From assembly GCA_002405805.1 (NCBI GenBank), contig DHMN01000028.1:4163-68162 (forward strand): a DNA stretch of 64,000 nucleotides, in the 5' to 3' direction. Below, piece after piece: positions 1-8,403 of the stretch (the stretch's first letter is position 1; each line of letters starts with the position of its first letter). The notes under the pieces are model-generated. The model saw only the letters and a list, made by a program, of their open reading frames with translations. It made no database searches and was not told where the DNA came from. The position numbers were made by a program, and so were the translations under genes. Source of the DNA: Cyanobacteria bacterium UBA4641 (GTDB taxonomy: Bacteria; Cyanobacteriota; Vampirovibrionia; Gastranaerophilales; Gastranaerophilaceae).

Positions 1-1272
1 TTCGGCTTGTATGAAGATTTGACCGTTCTTGAAAATTTGAAACTTTATGCTGATTTAAAAAATCAACCTTATGACTTTGAAAAGTTACTGGAATTTACAA
101 GCCTAACACGTTTTCAAGACAGATTGACCGGAGCATTATCAGGTGGAATGAAACAAAAATTAGGTCTAGCTTGTACTTTGCTTGGCAATCCTGAATTTCT
201 TATTCTTGATGAACCGTCTGTCGGCGTTGACCCAATTTCTCGAAAAGATTTGATGAAAATGGTTAAAAATATGATTAGTCCTGAAACAACTGTTTTGTGG
301 TCAACTGCATACCTTGATGAGGCGCATAGCTTTGATACGGCAGTTGTACTTGATAAGGGCAAAGTTATTTATAACGGCAAACCTCACGACTTGGCACCAA
401 CTCCGCAAGAATTTGAGGAAAAAGTGATTGACCTTATGGGCGGATACAAAAAAGAAACATCCATGATTGCAGAAAACTACACTCCGCTTGATGTTGAGAT
501 GGATTGCACCGTTGTTGCTGACAATTTAGAAAAACGATACGGAAATTTTTACGCCGTAAAAAATAATTCTTTTTGTATTAAAAAAGGGGAGATTTTCGGA
601 CTTTTAGGTCCAAACGGCGCAGGAAAATCCACATCTTTCAAAATGATGTGCGGACTAAGTAAGCCAACAGGCGGAACTGCGAAAATTATGGGGATTGATA
701 TTCTGAAAAATCCTGAAAAAGCTCGTTCCAACCTTGGATATATGGCACAAAAATTTTCGCTTTATTGCAGCCTTACCGTAAGGCAAAATTTGGAATTTTT
801 TGCCGCAGCTTACGGAATAAAATTTTTGGAACGCAAAAAACGAGTTGAAGAAATCATTGATGTCTTTAATTTTAGAGAGGTAGAAAATCAAAAAGCACAA
901 GATTTGCCACTTGGTTTCAAACAGCGGTTATCAATGGCTTGCGCCCTAATTCATAATCCGCCGATTTTGTTTTTAGATGAGCCAACATCAGGGGTTGACG
1001 TTGTTACTCGTCGAGATTTTTGGAATCATATTACATCTCTTGCCAAAAAAGGGGTGACAATTTTAGTTACAACACACTTTATGGATGAGGCTGAATATTG
1101 TGACAGAATTAGTCTTTTTTATAAAGGCGAAACTATTGCAGTCGGAACACCAAATGAGTTGAAACAGAAAGCTCAAGAGCTTACAGCTCAAACATCTCCC
1201 ACTAGGGGCGAAGGGGAACTGCCGACAATGGAAGAAACATTTATCACACTAATTAAGGAGTCTGAAAAATGA
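1..1272 (+). CDS. ABC transporter ATP-binding protein with two fused NBDs (YbhF-like); 5' end cut by window edge
   Basis: Frame is open from nt 1 (FGLYEDL precedes the tracked ATG at 7). NBD1 signature/Walker B 'LSGGMKQKL..FLILDEPSVGVD'. NBD2 Walker A 'GPNGAGKST', degenerate signature 'LGFKQRL', Walker B 'ILFLDEPTSGVD'. 4-nt overlap with the next gene. Confidence 0.9.
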   Translation, partial: FGLYEDLTVLENLKLYADLKNQPYDFEKLLEFTSLTRFQDRLTGALSGGMKQKLGLACTLLGNPEFLILDEPSVGVDPISRKDLMKMVKNMISPETTVLWSTAYLDEAHSFDTAVVLDKGKVIYNGKPHDLAPTPQEFEEKVIDLMGGYKKETSMIAENYTPLDVEMDCTVVADNLEKRYGNFYAVKNNSFCIKKGEIFGLLGPNGAGKSTSFKMMCGLSKPTGGTAKIMGIDILKNPEKARSNLGYMAQKFSLYCSLTVRQNLEFFAAAYGIKFLERKKRVEEIIDVFNFREVENQKAQDLPLGFKQRLSMACALIHNPPILFLDEPTSGVDVVTRRDFWNHITSLAKKGVTILVTTHFMDEAEYCDRISLFYKGETIAVGTPNELKQKAQELTAQTSPTRGEGELPTMEETFITLIKESEK

Positions 1273-2378
1273 AGATATTGTTTGCCTTAATTAAAAAAGA
1301 ATTTTTGCAAATAATCCGCGACCCATCAAGTATAATTATCGCATTTATTTTGCCGTTGATTTCGATTTTGATTTATATGTACGGAATCAATATGGACACA
1401 TCGACTGTTACAATGGGAATTAAAAATGACGACGCAAATCCTGAAATCGCAACACTAGTCAAATCCTTCGGACACAGCAAATATATTCATTCTGAAATTT
1501 TTGATAATGAAAATGATTTAACAAATGCGATAATTAAATCAAAATTAAAAGGTGGAATTATTATTCCTAACGATTTTTCTACACATCTTTCAAAAGGTGA
1601 AAACGCCGAAGTGTTAGTAATTACAGATGGCACAGAAGTAAACACCGCAAATTATGTTCAAAGTTATTCAATGGCAATTCTAAACCAATGGCTTGCGACA
1701 AGTCGCTTTGCACCAAAAGTCAAAAGACAAATAATATCACCAGAGTTAAGAGTTTGGTACAACCAAGATTTAAACAGCCACTATTTTATCCTCCCAGGGT
1801 CAATTGCAATAACGATGACACTTATCGGAATTTTATTGACAGCATTAGTTGTCGCAAGAGAATGGGAACGCGGCACAATGGAAGCGATTTTGAGTACACG
1901 CGTTAGAAAAATTGACATTGTACTTGGCAAATATATTCCTTATTTTATTTTAGGAATGACATCTTTAGCTTTCAATGTATTCTTGTGTACTGCGTTTTTT
2001 CAGGTACCGTTTAGAGGGAATTATCTTGTTTTGTTCGGTGTAAGCGGATTGTTTTTGTTTACACTTTTAGGAATCGGACTTTTGATTTCTTCAAAACTTA
2101 AAAACCAATTTTTAGCAAGCCAAGTTTCTCTTGGAATTGGATTTTTGCCTGCATTACTCTTGTCAGGCTTGATGTTTCCGATTAATTCAATGCCGAAATT
2201 TTTCCAAATTTTGACAATGATTTTGCCACCAAGATATTTTATAACTTTTATCGAAAGTGAATTTATGGCAGGTACGGTTTGGAAAGTCGTAACAATTAAT
2301 TCAATATTTTTGGCTTGCCTTGGATTACTTTTATTTGTGATTGTGTACAAAAATACGGATATGAGGTTAGATAGCTAG
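1269..2378 (+). CDS. ABC-2 type transporter permease (YbhS/YbhR-like)
   Basis: N-terminal 'LIKKEFLQIIRDPSS' typical of ABC-2 permeases, a large periplasmic loop, then about 5 C-terminal TM helices. ATGA overlap with the upstream ATPase gene. Confidence 0.85.
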   Translation: MKILFALIKKEFLQIIRDPSSIIIAFILPLISILIYMYGINMDTSTVTMGIKNDDANPEIATLVKSFGHSKYIHSEIFDNENDLTNAIIKSKLKGGIIIPNDFSTHLSKGENAEVLVITDGTEVNTANYVQSYSMAILNQWLATSRFAPKVKRQIISPELRVWYNQDLNSHYFILPGSIAITMTLIGILLTALVVAREWERGTMEAILSTRVRKIDIVLGKYIPYFILGMTSLAFNVFLCTAFFQVPFRGNYLVLFGVSGLFLFTLLGIGLLISSKLKNQFLASQVSLGIGFLPALLLSGLMFPINSMPKFFQILTMILPPRYFITFIESEFMAGTVWKVVTINSIFLACLGLLLFVIVYKNTDMRLDS

Positions 2379-3488
2379 ATGTTAGATAGTTTACGCAGAA
2401 TTTTTGCACTTATAAAAAAAGAATTTATTACAATTTGGATGGATAAAAAAAGCAGAGGAATGATTATTGTTCTGCCACTTCTACAGCTTTTTGTTTTTGC
2501 AAATGCAATTACTATGGAAGTTAAAAATATTGATGTTTCTTTGATTGATAGAGATAATTCTGTAGAGTCAAGAGAACTTGTTTCGCGATTTAAAAATTCT
2601 CCAAGGTTTAGAAAATTTTATTATGCAAAAGATGAAAGTGAACTAAAATCCCAAATTGATAATCAACAAACCCAAATCGGAATATATATAAATAATGATT
2701 TTTCAAATTCAATCAAAGCACAAAAACCTGTCAATGTCTTGGTTATAGTTGATGGTCGTCAAACAAATTCTGCAACAATTGCAGGCAATTATGCATCACA
2801 AATTATAAACGGATATAATGAAGAAATTTCAAAAACCAAGGGGGCAACTATAACCCCTGTTGTAAGGAATTGGTACAATCCGAATCTTGAATATAGATGG
2901 TATCTTTTGACGGTTATTGTCGCAATGTTAGCACTTGTAATTACACTGTTGTTGACGGCTTTATCTATTGCAAGAGAGCGTGAAATGGGCACATTTGACC
3001 AACTTGTAGTCAGCCCTTTATCATCATTTGAAATTTTGGCAGGAAAAACCATTCCACCACTTGTAATTGCAATGGGATTGACTTGCTTTATGGTGTTGAT
3101 GGTTGTTTTGTGTTTTAAAATTAAATTTATGGGCTCTGTACCAATATTTTTGTTTGCGGTTTTTGTTTCGCTATTGTCTATTGTCGGAGTAGGACTATTT
3201 ATATCTTCAATTTGCAAAACTCAACAACAAGCAATTTTGGGTGTAATAACCTTCCAAATGCCTGCCGTGTTGCTTTCAGGATTTATTTCACCAATTGAAG
3301 ACATGCCTGTCGCATTGCAATATTTGACATACCTAAACCCAGTGAGATTTTTCATGCTGCTTTCACGAAATATTTTCTTGAAAGGAATGGGGGTGACCGA
3401 CGTTATGCTAAACCTGATTCCGCTAATTTGCATAGCAATCATCACACTATCCCTCGCCAGCTGGACATTTAAAAGAAAGTTGGATTAA
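2379..3488 (+). CDS. ABC-2 type transporter permease, paralog of the preceding gene
   Basis: Same length (369 aa) and architecture ('LIKKEFITIWMDKKS', C-terminal TM bundle). Starts immediately after the stop of the previous gene. Confidence 0.85.
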   Translation: MLDSLRRIFALIKKEFITIWMDKKSRGMIIVLPLLQLFVFANAITMEVKNIDVSLIDRDNSVESRELVSRFKNSPRFRKFYYAKDESELKSQIDNQQTQIGIYINNDFSNSIKAQKPVNVLVIVDGRQTNSATIAGNYASQIINGYNEEISKTKGATITPVVRNWYNPNLEYRWYLLTVIVAMLALVITLLLTALSIAREREMGTFDQLVVSPLSSFEILAGKTIPPLVIAMGLTCFMVLMVVLCFKIKFMGSVPIFLFAVFVSLLSIVGVGLFISSICKTQQQAILGVITFQMPAVLLSGFISPIEDMPVALQYLTYLNPVRFFMLLSRNIFLKGMGVTDVMLNLIPLICIAIITLSLASWTFKRKLD

Positions 3489-3505
3489 TTTTTGTTTATT
3501 ACTGA

Positions 3506-3537
3506 AGGCGCCTATGGCTAAAGCCATAGGCGCTTTC
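3506..3537 (+). terminator. Rho-independent terminator after the ABC operon
   Basis: Perfect 11-bp stem gcgcctatggc / gccataggcgc with loop taaa, followed by ttt. Confidence 0.7.
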
Positions 3538-3623
3538 AGAGGGGATGGGATTCGAACCCACGGTGAGGTTTCCCTCACACAACCTTTCCAAGATTGCACC
3601 TTAAACCGCTCGGACACCCCTCT
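3537..3623 (-). tRNA. tRNA-Ser (anticodon GGA)
   Basis: The reverse complement folds as a cloverleaf: acceptor AGAGGGG/CCCCTCT, anticodon stem CAATC/GGTTG with loop TTGGAAA, long variable arm GTGAGG-GAAA-CCTCAC, T-loop GGTTCGAATCC. CCA is not encoded. Confidence 0.9.
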
Positions 3624-3640
3624 ATATTAAATTTGTTATG

Positions 3641-3853
3641 CTAATTATCCTTTAAATGTTGAGTTTCGTCAAGTTCCAAAACCTCTTGTTGATAATACTC
3701 TTCTGTCTTTTCCAATTGATAAATCTTAGCATCAGCAAGTTTTTCCAAAACCTTGGCATAATCTGCACATTTTTTGCCTTTTACACCCTCAGTTTCCATT
3801 TGTATTGTTCCGTCAGGAAATAGTCTTATCTTCATTTTGCCCATATTTATCAA
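3641..3853 (-). CDS. DUF2997 family small protein
   Basis: 'KIRLFPDGTIQMETEGVKGKKCADYAKVLEKL...EKTEEYY' matches my memory of the DUF2997 consensus (i..dG.v.ie.eGvkG..C.d.t..le..lG....e.teEyy). Lies 6 nt downstream of the DUF1257-like gene. Confidence 0.75.
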   Translation of the reverse strand: MINMGKMKIRLFPDGTIQMETEGVKGKKCADYAKVLEKLADAKIYQLEKTEEYYQQEVLELDETQHLKDN

Positions 3854-3859
3854 CCATCC

Positions 3860-5122
3860 TTAAATATCAATTGTCAAAACTATTGAATTATCATCCATTA
3901 CGGTTTCAGATTCAAGTCGCATATTTTCACTGTCCAAACGTTCTTTTATTTTGTTATAAGTCATTTCTTGAATATTTAGCCCATACTCATCATTCAAGTC
4001 ATTAATCACACTTTCACATTCACTTTTGTTGGAGACTTGCGTAATATCAAGAGTGTAGCCGTTTGAACCGTCTTTTTTGTAATAAACCATTTCCATACCG
4101 AACAATTTACAAGAAACTTCATCTCCGTTTTCTGAAATTTCTTCTGCACCGTGCTCATACAAAGTATTCAACAAAGTACCCTTGTCGGTATAATTGGTTG
4201 TATAAGTATAAACCGTTGTAGAAATATCGTTAATTAGGCGCAAATCTCGACCTGCTGCGATATTCAATTTTCTAAAAATAATTTCAGCTTCCTTTGTAAT
4301 AGCACTATTATTGCTACCTGAAAATTCTGCCGTATAAAATCCATTTTTCAAAACCCAATTAAGGGTTGCATCGCTATTTTTTAAAGGAGTTTGGCAATCA
4401 GCCTCATAGAATAAATAATTTGACTTTCTAAGCAATGTCCTGAGTTCTTCCGGCTTGATATTTGTTTGAATTTTCAAATTCGTCAATCCGTAAGTAACAT
4501 TTACCCCTTCTGTCTTGCCACTCACCCCAATGTTCATAATTGTGACTTTTTGCTCAACTTCAAGTGTATAAGCTGCATCATATTCAGACTTAAAATATCT
4601 TACACTTTGACCGTTCAAATTTGCGACAACACCGTTATCTGCAGTTGTAAAAATTTGAGTTGCCCCTTCTTGTTTTAAAGCTGAATAAATTTCGCTAGGC
4701 TTTGTATAACTCGTATCATATTGATAATAAAAATACTCTTGCGAATCAATCAAGCGCACATTTCGTCCTATAATTGAATCTAAAGTTGCAAATAAACTTT
4801 CACCTTCATTTTGCAAACCTTCTGCACCGATGTTTCCTACCAAAGTAGCATAAACATATTTGCCACGAGTTTTCCATTGAACCCTCAGTCCTGAATCGAA
4901 ATAATACGTATCAGCGCTGACTTGAGTACAATTTACTTGTTCCATCGCAGGTTTCAACTCTTGAAACTCAATATTTGTTAATACTTTTATCAACTTTAAA
5001 TTTTTTGTTGCAACAGATTTATTTATCGCAGTATCATCTGCCGCACGTCTTAGAGTTTCATTTTTAGCTTTTTCCGGAGCTATCAAAAAAGCCATCGGAT
5101 AAGCCATCAGTGTAATTGACAT
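3860..5122 (-). CDS. Hypothetical protein with two ~170-aa internal repeats, DUF1257 (Ycf35)-like by context and pattern
   Basis: Internal duplication seen by eye: 'FATLDSIIGRNVRLIDS..YYQYDTSYTKPSEIYSALKQEGATQI..NGQSVRYFKSEYDAAYTLEVEQ' versus 'FRKLNIAAGRDLRLIND..YTYTTNYTDKGTLLNTLYEHGAEEI..FGMEMVYYKKDGSNGYTLDITQ'. The 'L..L...Ga..i......y.k..dg.Y.l' pattern resembles DUF1257. Sits between the AAA+ and DUF2997 genes. Confidence 0.45.
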   Translation of the reverse strand: MSITLMAYPMAFLIAPEKAKNETLRRAADDTAINKSVATKNLKLIKVLTNIEFQELKPAMEQVNCTQVSADTYYFDSGLRVQWKTRGKYVYATLVGNIGAEGLQNEGESLFATLDSIIGRNVRLIDSQEYFYYQYDTSYTKPSEIYSALKQEGATQIFTTADNGVVANLNGQSVRYFKSEYDAAYTLEVEQKVTIMNIGVSGKTEGVNVTYGLTNLKIQTNIKPEELRTLLRKSNYLFYEADCQTPLKNSDATLNWVLKNGFYTAEFSGSNNSAITKEAEIIFRKLNIAAGRDLRLINDISTTVYTYTTNYTDKGTLLNTLYEHGAEEISENGDEVSCKLFGMEMVYYKKDGSNGYTLDITQVSNKSECESVINDLNDEYGLNIQEMTYNKIKERLDSENMRLESETVMDDNSIVLTIDI

Positions 5123-5142
5123 TCTATTAACAAATCCTTTCT

Positions 5143-6765
5143 TTAGACATCCAAAGCTCTGCCACCGCGAGAGTTATTTATATCGCTGTTTTCATCTGTA
5201 CCAGTGCCATATTCTGCCATATCATCTTTTTTAGTAGCGGCAACAGCTCTGATATTTGCCCATTGTCGAAGTGACAAAATCTGTTCTTTTTGAGTGACTG
5301 AAAGCGGTACGACATTTTTTATTGTATTTTCTAAGTCTGAAAATTCCAACGGACGTTTATTGAAAAACGCCTCATATAAAGCTGTAATAACAACTTGTTC
5401 AATTTCTGCACCTACAAAACCTTCAGTCAAATCCGCAAGTTTTTCGTACAATTCGTCGTTTACGGTCAATTTGCTTGCAACTTCTTTGTCTTTCAATCTT
5501 TTTGCCAAGTGAAGTTTAAAAATTTCCTTACGTTCACGATGTGTCGGTAAATCAACAAAGAAAATTTCATCAAAACGGCCTTTACGCAGTAATTCTGCAG
5601 GAAGTCCACTGATATTGTTCGCCGTAGCGATTACAAAAACCGGTGCGGTCTTTTCTTGCATCCAAGTCAAAAATGTACCAAAAATTCTTGAAGATGTTCC
5701 GCTATCTCCGTTTGAATTGATACCACTCAAACTCTTTTCGATTTCATCAACCCAAAGAATGGATGGAGCAACGGCTTCAGCGGTTTTGATAGCTTTTCGC
5801 ATATTTTCTTCAGAACTTCCGACAATTCCTGAAAAGATTTTACCAAAATCTAATTTCAAAAGCGGTAATTGCCAAGCTGCACTCATTGCTTTTGCTGTCA
5901 AACTCTTACCACAACCGGGAACGCCTGTAATCAAAACACCTTTTGGTGCAGGAAGACAGTATTTTTTCGCAGCCTCTGACCAAGAATTATTCCTTTTGTT
6001 TAACCAGTTTTTAAGATTTTCAAGTCCGCCGACATCAGAAACTTTAATATCGGTATTAATAAATTCCAAAATGCCTGTTTTTTTTATAACCTGCATTTTT
6101 TCACTCAAAATCACTGCCAAATCTTTACCATCAATTCGTCCATCGTTTACCATAGCAAGAGCAAACGCGTTTTCTGCCTCTTGTAAAGTCAGCCCTAATG
6201 CAGCCTTGCATAGTTTTTCTTTTCCTTCATCATCCAAATCAGATGTATCAATTTGATTATTTTGAGAAATCATCTTATCTAATTTTGCCTTGATTTCATC
6301 CAGCGTTGGCAAAGGCATATCTAAAATCGTAATTTCTTTTTGCATAGATTCAGGGATAAGCAGTTCTGACGCAATAAAAATCACATTTTTTCTGAATTTA
6401 CTTGTTTTTAATTCAGGAATAAGGTCTCTCAATTTACGCACAACATTATAATCAACCTGTCTGCCTTTCACTCCAAAATAGACGTGAAAATCACACATTA
6501 CAAAAACGGCATTTTTATTACATTCTTTGATAAAATCAAGTGCTTTATCAGGACTGTTTGTCCCTTCAATCTTTTGACCGTTTAAAATAAAACCGTTTGT
6601 CTGAGTCCAAGTGTAAACATCACGAGTAACTCTTATCAACTTTTCTGATTGCGCAATTCTTTTGATTAAAGCCAACGCGCGTTCTTCTTCCCACGTAGTG
6701 ATATACAAATATGGGAAACGTGCCCTAAATAACCTTGACAATTGCATTATAACTTTATTATCCAT
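5143..6765 (-). CDS. AAA+ ATPase, Ycf46-like
   Basis: Walker A 'GVPGCGKSLTAKA', Walker B 'ILWVDEIEK', sensor-1 'VIATANN', Arg-finger region 'LLRKGRFDE'. The N-terminal 'FRARFPYLYITTWEEERA' resembles the start of cyanobacterial/plastid Ycf46 proteins (from memory). Confidence 0.8.
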   Translation of the reverse strand: MDNKVIMQLSRLFRARFPYLYITTWEEERALALIKRIAQSEKLIRVTRDVYTWTQTNGFILNGQKIEGTNSPDKALDFIKECNKNAVFVMCDFHVYFGVKGRQVDYNVVRKLRDLIPELKTSKFRKNVIFIASELLIPESMQKEITILDMPLPTLDEIKAKLDKMISQNNQIDTSDLDDEGKEKLCKAALGLTLQEAENAFALAMVNDGRIDGKDLAVILSEKMQVIKKTGILEFINTDIKVSDVGGLENLKNWLNKRNNSWSEAAKKYCLPAPKGVLITGVPGCGKSLTAKAMSAAWQLPLLKLDFGKIFSGIVGSSEENMRKAIKTAEAVAPSILWVDEIEKSLSGINSNGDSGTSSRIFGTFLTWMQEKTAPVFVIATANNISGLPAELLRKGRFDEIFFVDLPTHRERKEIFKLHLAKRLKDKEVASKLTVNDELYEKLADLTEGFVGAEIEQVVITALYEAFFNKRPLEFSDLENTIKNVVPLSVTQKEQILSLRQWANIRAVAATKKDDMAEYGTGTDENSDINNSRGGRALDV

Positions 6766-6785
6766 TAAAAAACCTCTTCTTGAAA

Positions 6786-7397
6786 CTATTTTACTCTATA
6801 TTTCTCAACTTGTAAACACAAATTTTCACTTATTTTGTTAAAATCCCCCATACCATTGAGTTCTAACCGTCCATCTTTTGATATTCGCGCCTCAATTTTG
6901 TTTTTATATTTTTGAAAAATCTCAGGGGTATAAAAATCTGTCAAAAAATGGTATCGCTGATTTGATGAGCCTACCCAAGGACGAGAAAGGTCAAATTTAT
7001 CTTGTTCAAAGCCTCCATCAATCAACAAATCAATATTTGAAAGTAACGAATCCACAAAGACATCATTTTTGTCTTTTAATTCTTCCAACAAATACCCTGT
7101 AAAACAAACAACTGAAAGCCCTTCACGTTTTATAAGTTTGGCTAATTTTGACAAACTTTTTGCCTGCTCAAACGGTTCTCCGCCCAGAAATGTAACCCCT
7201 TCAATATTATCTATTTGCGCAAAAATTTGTTTAAACAACGACTCTACAGAATATTTTTCACCGACACCAAAAGCCCAAGTATCTTTTGCCCAACAGCCTT
7301 TACAATGTTTTTTACATCCCTGAACCCAAATGCAAAACCTGTTTTCAGGACCTTCAACAGCAGTATTTGGAATTATTTTATAAACATCCAACAACAT
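6786..7397 (-). CDS. Radical SAM 4Fe-4S single-cluster protein, NrdG/activase-like
   Basis: 'VEGPENRFCIWVQGCKKHCKGCWAKDTW' carries the CxxxCxxC cluster motif. 'VTFLGGEPFEQ' and the C-terminal 'GSSNQR' are as in anaerobic RNR/glycyl-radical activases. Confidence 0.7.
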   Translation of the reverse strand: MLLDVYKIIPNTAVEGPENRFCIWVQGCKKHCKGCWAKDTWAFGVGEKYSVESLFKQIFAQIDNIEGVTFLGGEPFEQAKSLSKLAKLIKREGLSVVCFTGYLLEELKDKNDVFVDSLLSNIDLLIDGGFEQDKFDLSRPWVGSSNQRYHFLTDFYTPEIFQKYKNKIEARISKDGRLELNGMGDFNKISENLCLQVEKYRVK

Positions 7398-8332
7398 TAA
7401 AAATCAACAATCCTACCTTCTGAATAATCCTCTTCTTCATTTGGTTTTTGAGCCTCACCAAAAACTACCATAGGTTTGATTTTTTCAACAAAGTGTTCTT
7501 TCACATTCGCTACTTTTATAAAATCATCAAAACTTTTGAACAAACCGTTTGCATCACGATATTCAATAATTTTCTTAGCCATAACAATGTTTACCCCAGG
7601 AAGTATAGCAAGTTCACTGGCCGTAACGTTATTTACATCAATTTTCTTTGATGAATTTGCCATAATAGCATCTAATTCGTGAAACTCAGGAGCTTGTTCT
7701 TCGCGTTCAGTAACAGGTTTTTGCTCTTGTATGTTACTCATATCAACAAACGCAGCACCTGTGGCATTTGGATTCTCTGTACCTTTTGAATATGGGTCAG
7801 CCTGAATATTATCCATATCTACAAACTTCGGCCCTGAATTTGAGGTATCAATATTAACACTCTTTTTAACAGGAGTCGGAATTTTTGATTCAAGAGTGAT
7901 AATATCAATCTTTGTATCATAACTGTAAAAAGATGCCAAAGAATCTAATGTTATAAAACTGTCAAAAACTCGGCATACTCTGTTCCATGCTTTATTTATG
8001 TTTATATTACCTTTTTTTAGGGTGAACATACGTTTTGCGCGCCTTTTGTCAGGCTCATTATCCATAACAATAATTTTTTCATCAGGAGCATACATAACAG
8101 TACAGTGGTCATTTTTGATAGTATTTTGATTAACTACAAAAGTTTTTGGGACAATCTTTATACTGAATTTAAACACCTGATTTTGATAAATTGTAAAAAG
8201 AATGGCAATAGGTACCATTGCAACTAAAAATACTGCAAGCGCAAAATTGGCAATTGAACTGAAACCGATAACGCACATTGCAACATAAAAAACAAATAGT
8301 GTTAATATTCCTTGAATAATACGATATTTCAT
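7397..8332 (-). CDS. Membrane-anchored protein with a C-terminal ComEA-like helix-hairpin-helix DNA-binding domain
   Basis: Two N-terminal TM helices. C-terminus 'VNNVTASELAILPGVNIVMAKKIIEYRDANGLFKSFDDFIKVANVKEHFVEKIK' matches the ComEA HhH pattern. Internal short repeat 'FVDMDNIQ'/'FVDMSNIQ'. Its stop overlaps the next start (TAATG). Confidence 0.65.
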   Translation of the reverse strand: MKYRIIQGILTLFVFYVAMCVIGFSSIANFALAVFLVAMVPIAILFTIYQNQVFKFSIKIVPKTFVVNQNTIKNDHCTVMYAPDEKIIVMDNEPDKRRAKRMFTLKKGNININKAWNRVCRVFDSFITLDSLASFYSYDTKIDIITLESKIPTPVKKSVNIDTSNSGPKFVDMDNIQADPYSKGTENPNATGAAFVDMSNIQEQKPVTEREEQAPEFHELDAIMANSSKKIDVNNVTASELAILPGVNIVMAKKIIEYRDANGLFKSFDDFIKVANVKEHFVEKIKPMVVFGEAQKPNEEEDYSEGRIVDF

Positions 8333-8403
8333 ACACTAATACAATACCACACTCAAAAAATTTCAAATGATATATATAGATGATTTTATGATAAAATCTA
8401 GCT

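Noticed and set aside
5615-6256. 213-aa plus-strand ORF, with the neighbouring ORF at 5294..5512
   Set aside because: It lies entirely antisense within the AAA+ ATPase gene, which has clear Walker A/B motifs. Its sequence has no motifs and a shadow-ORF composition.
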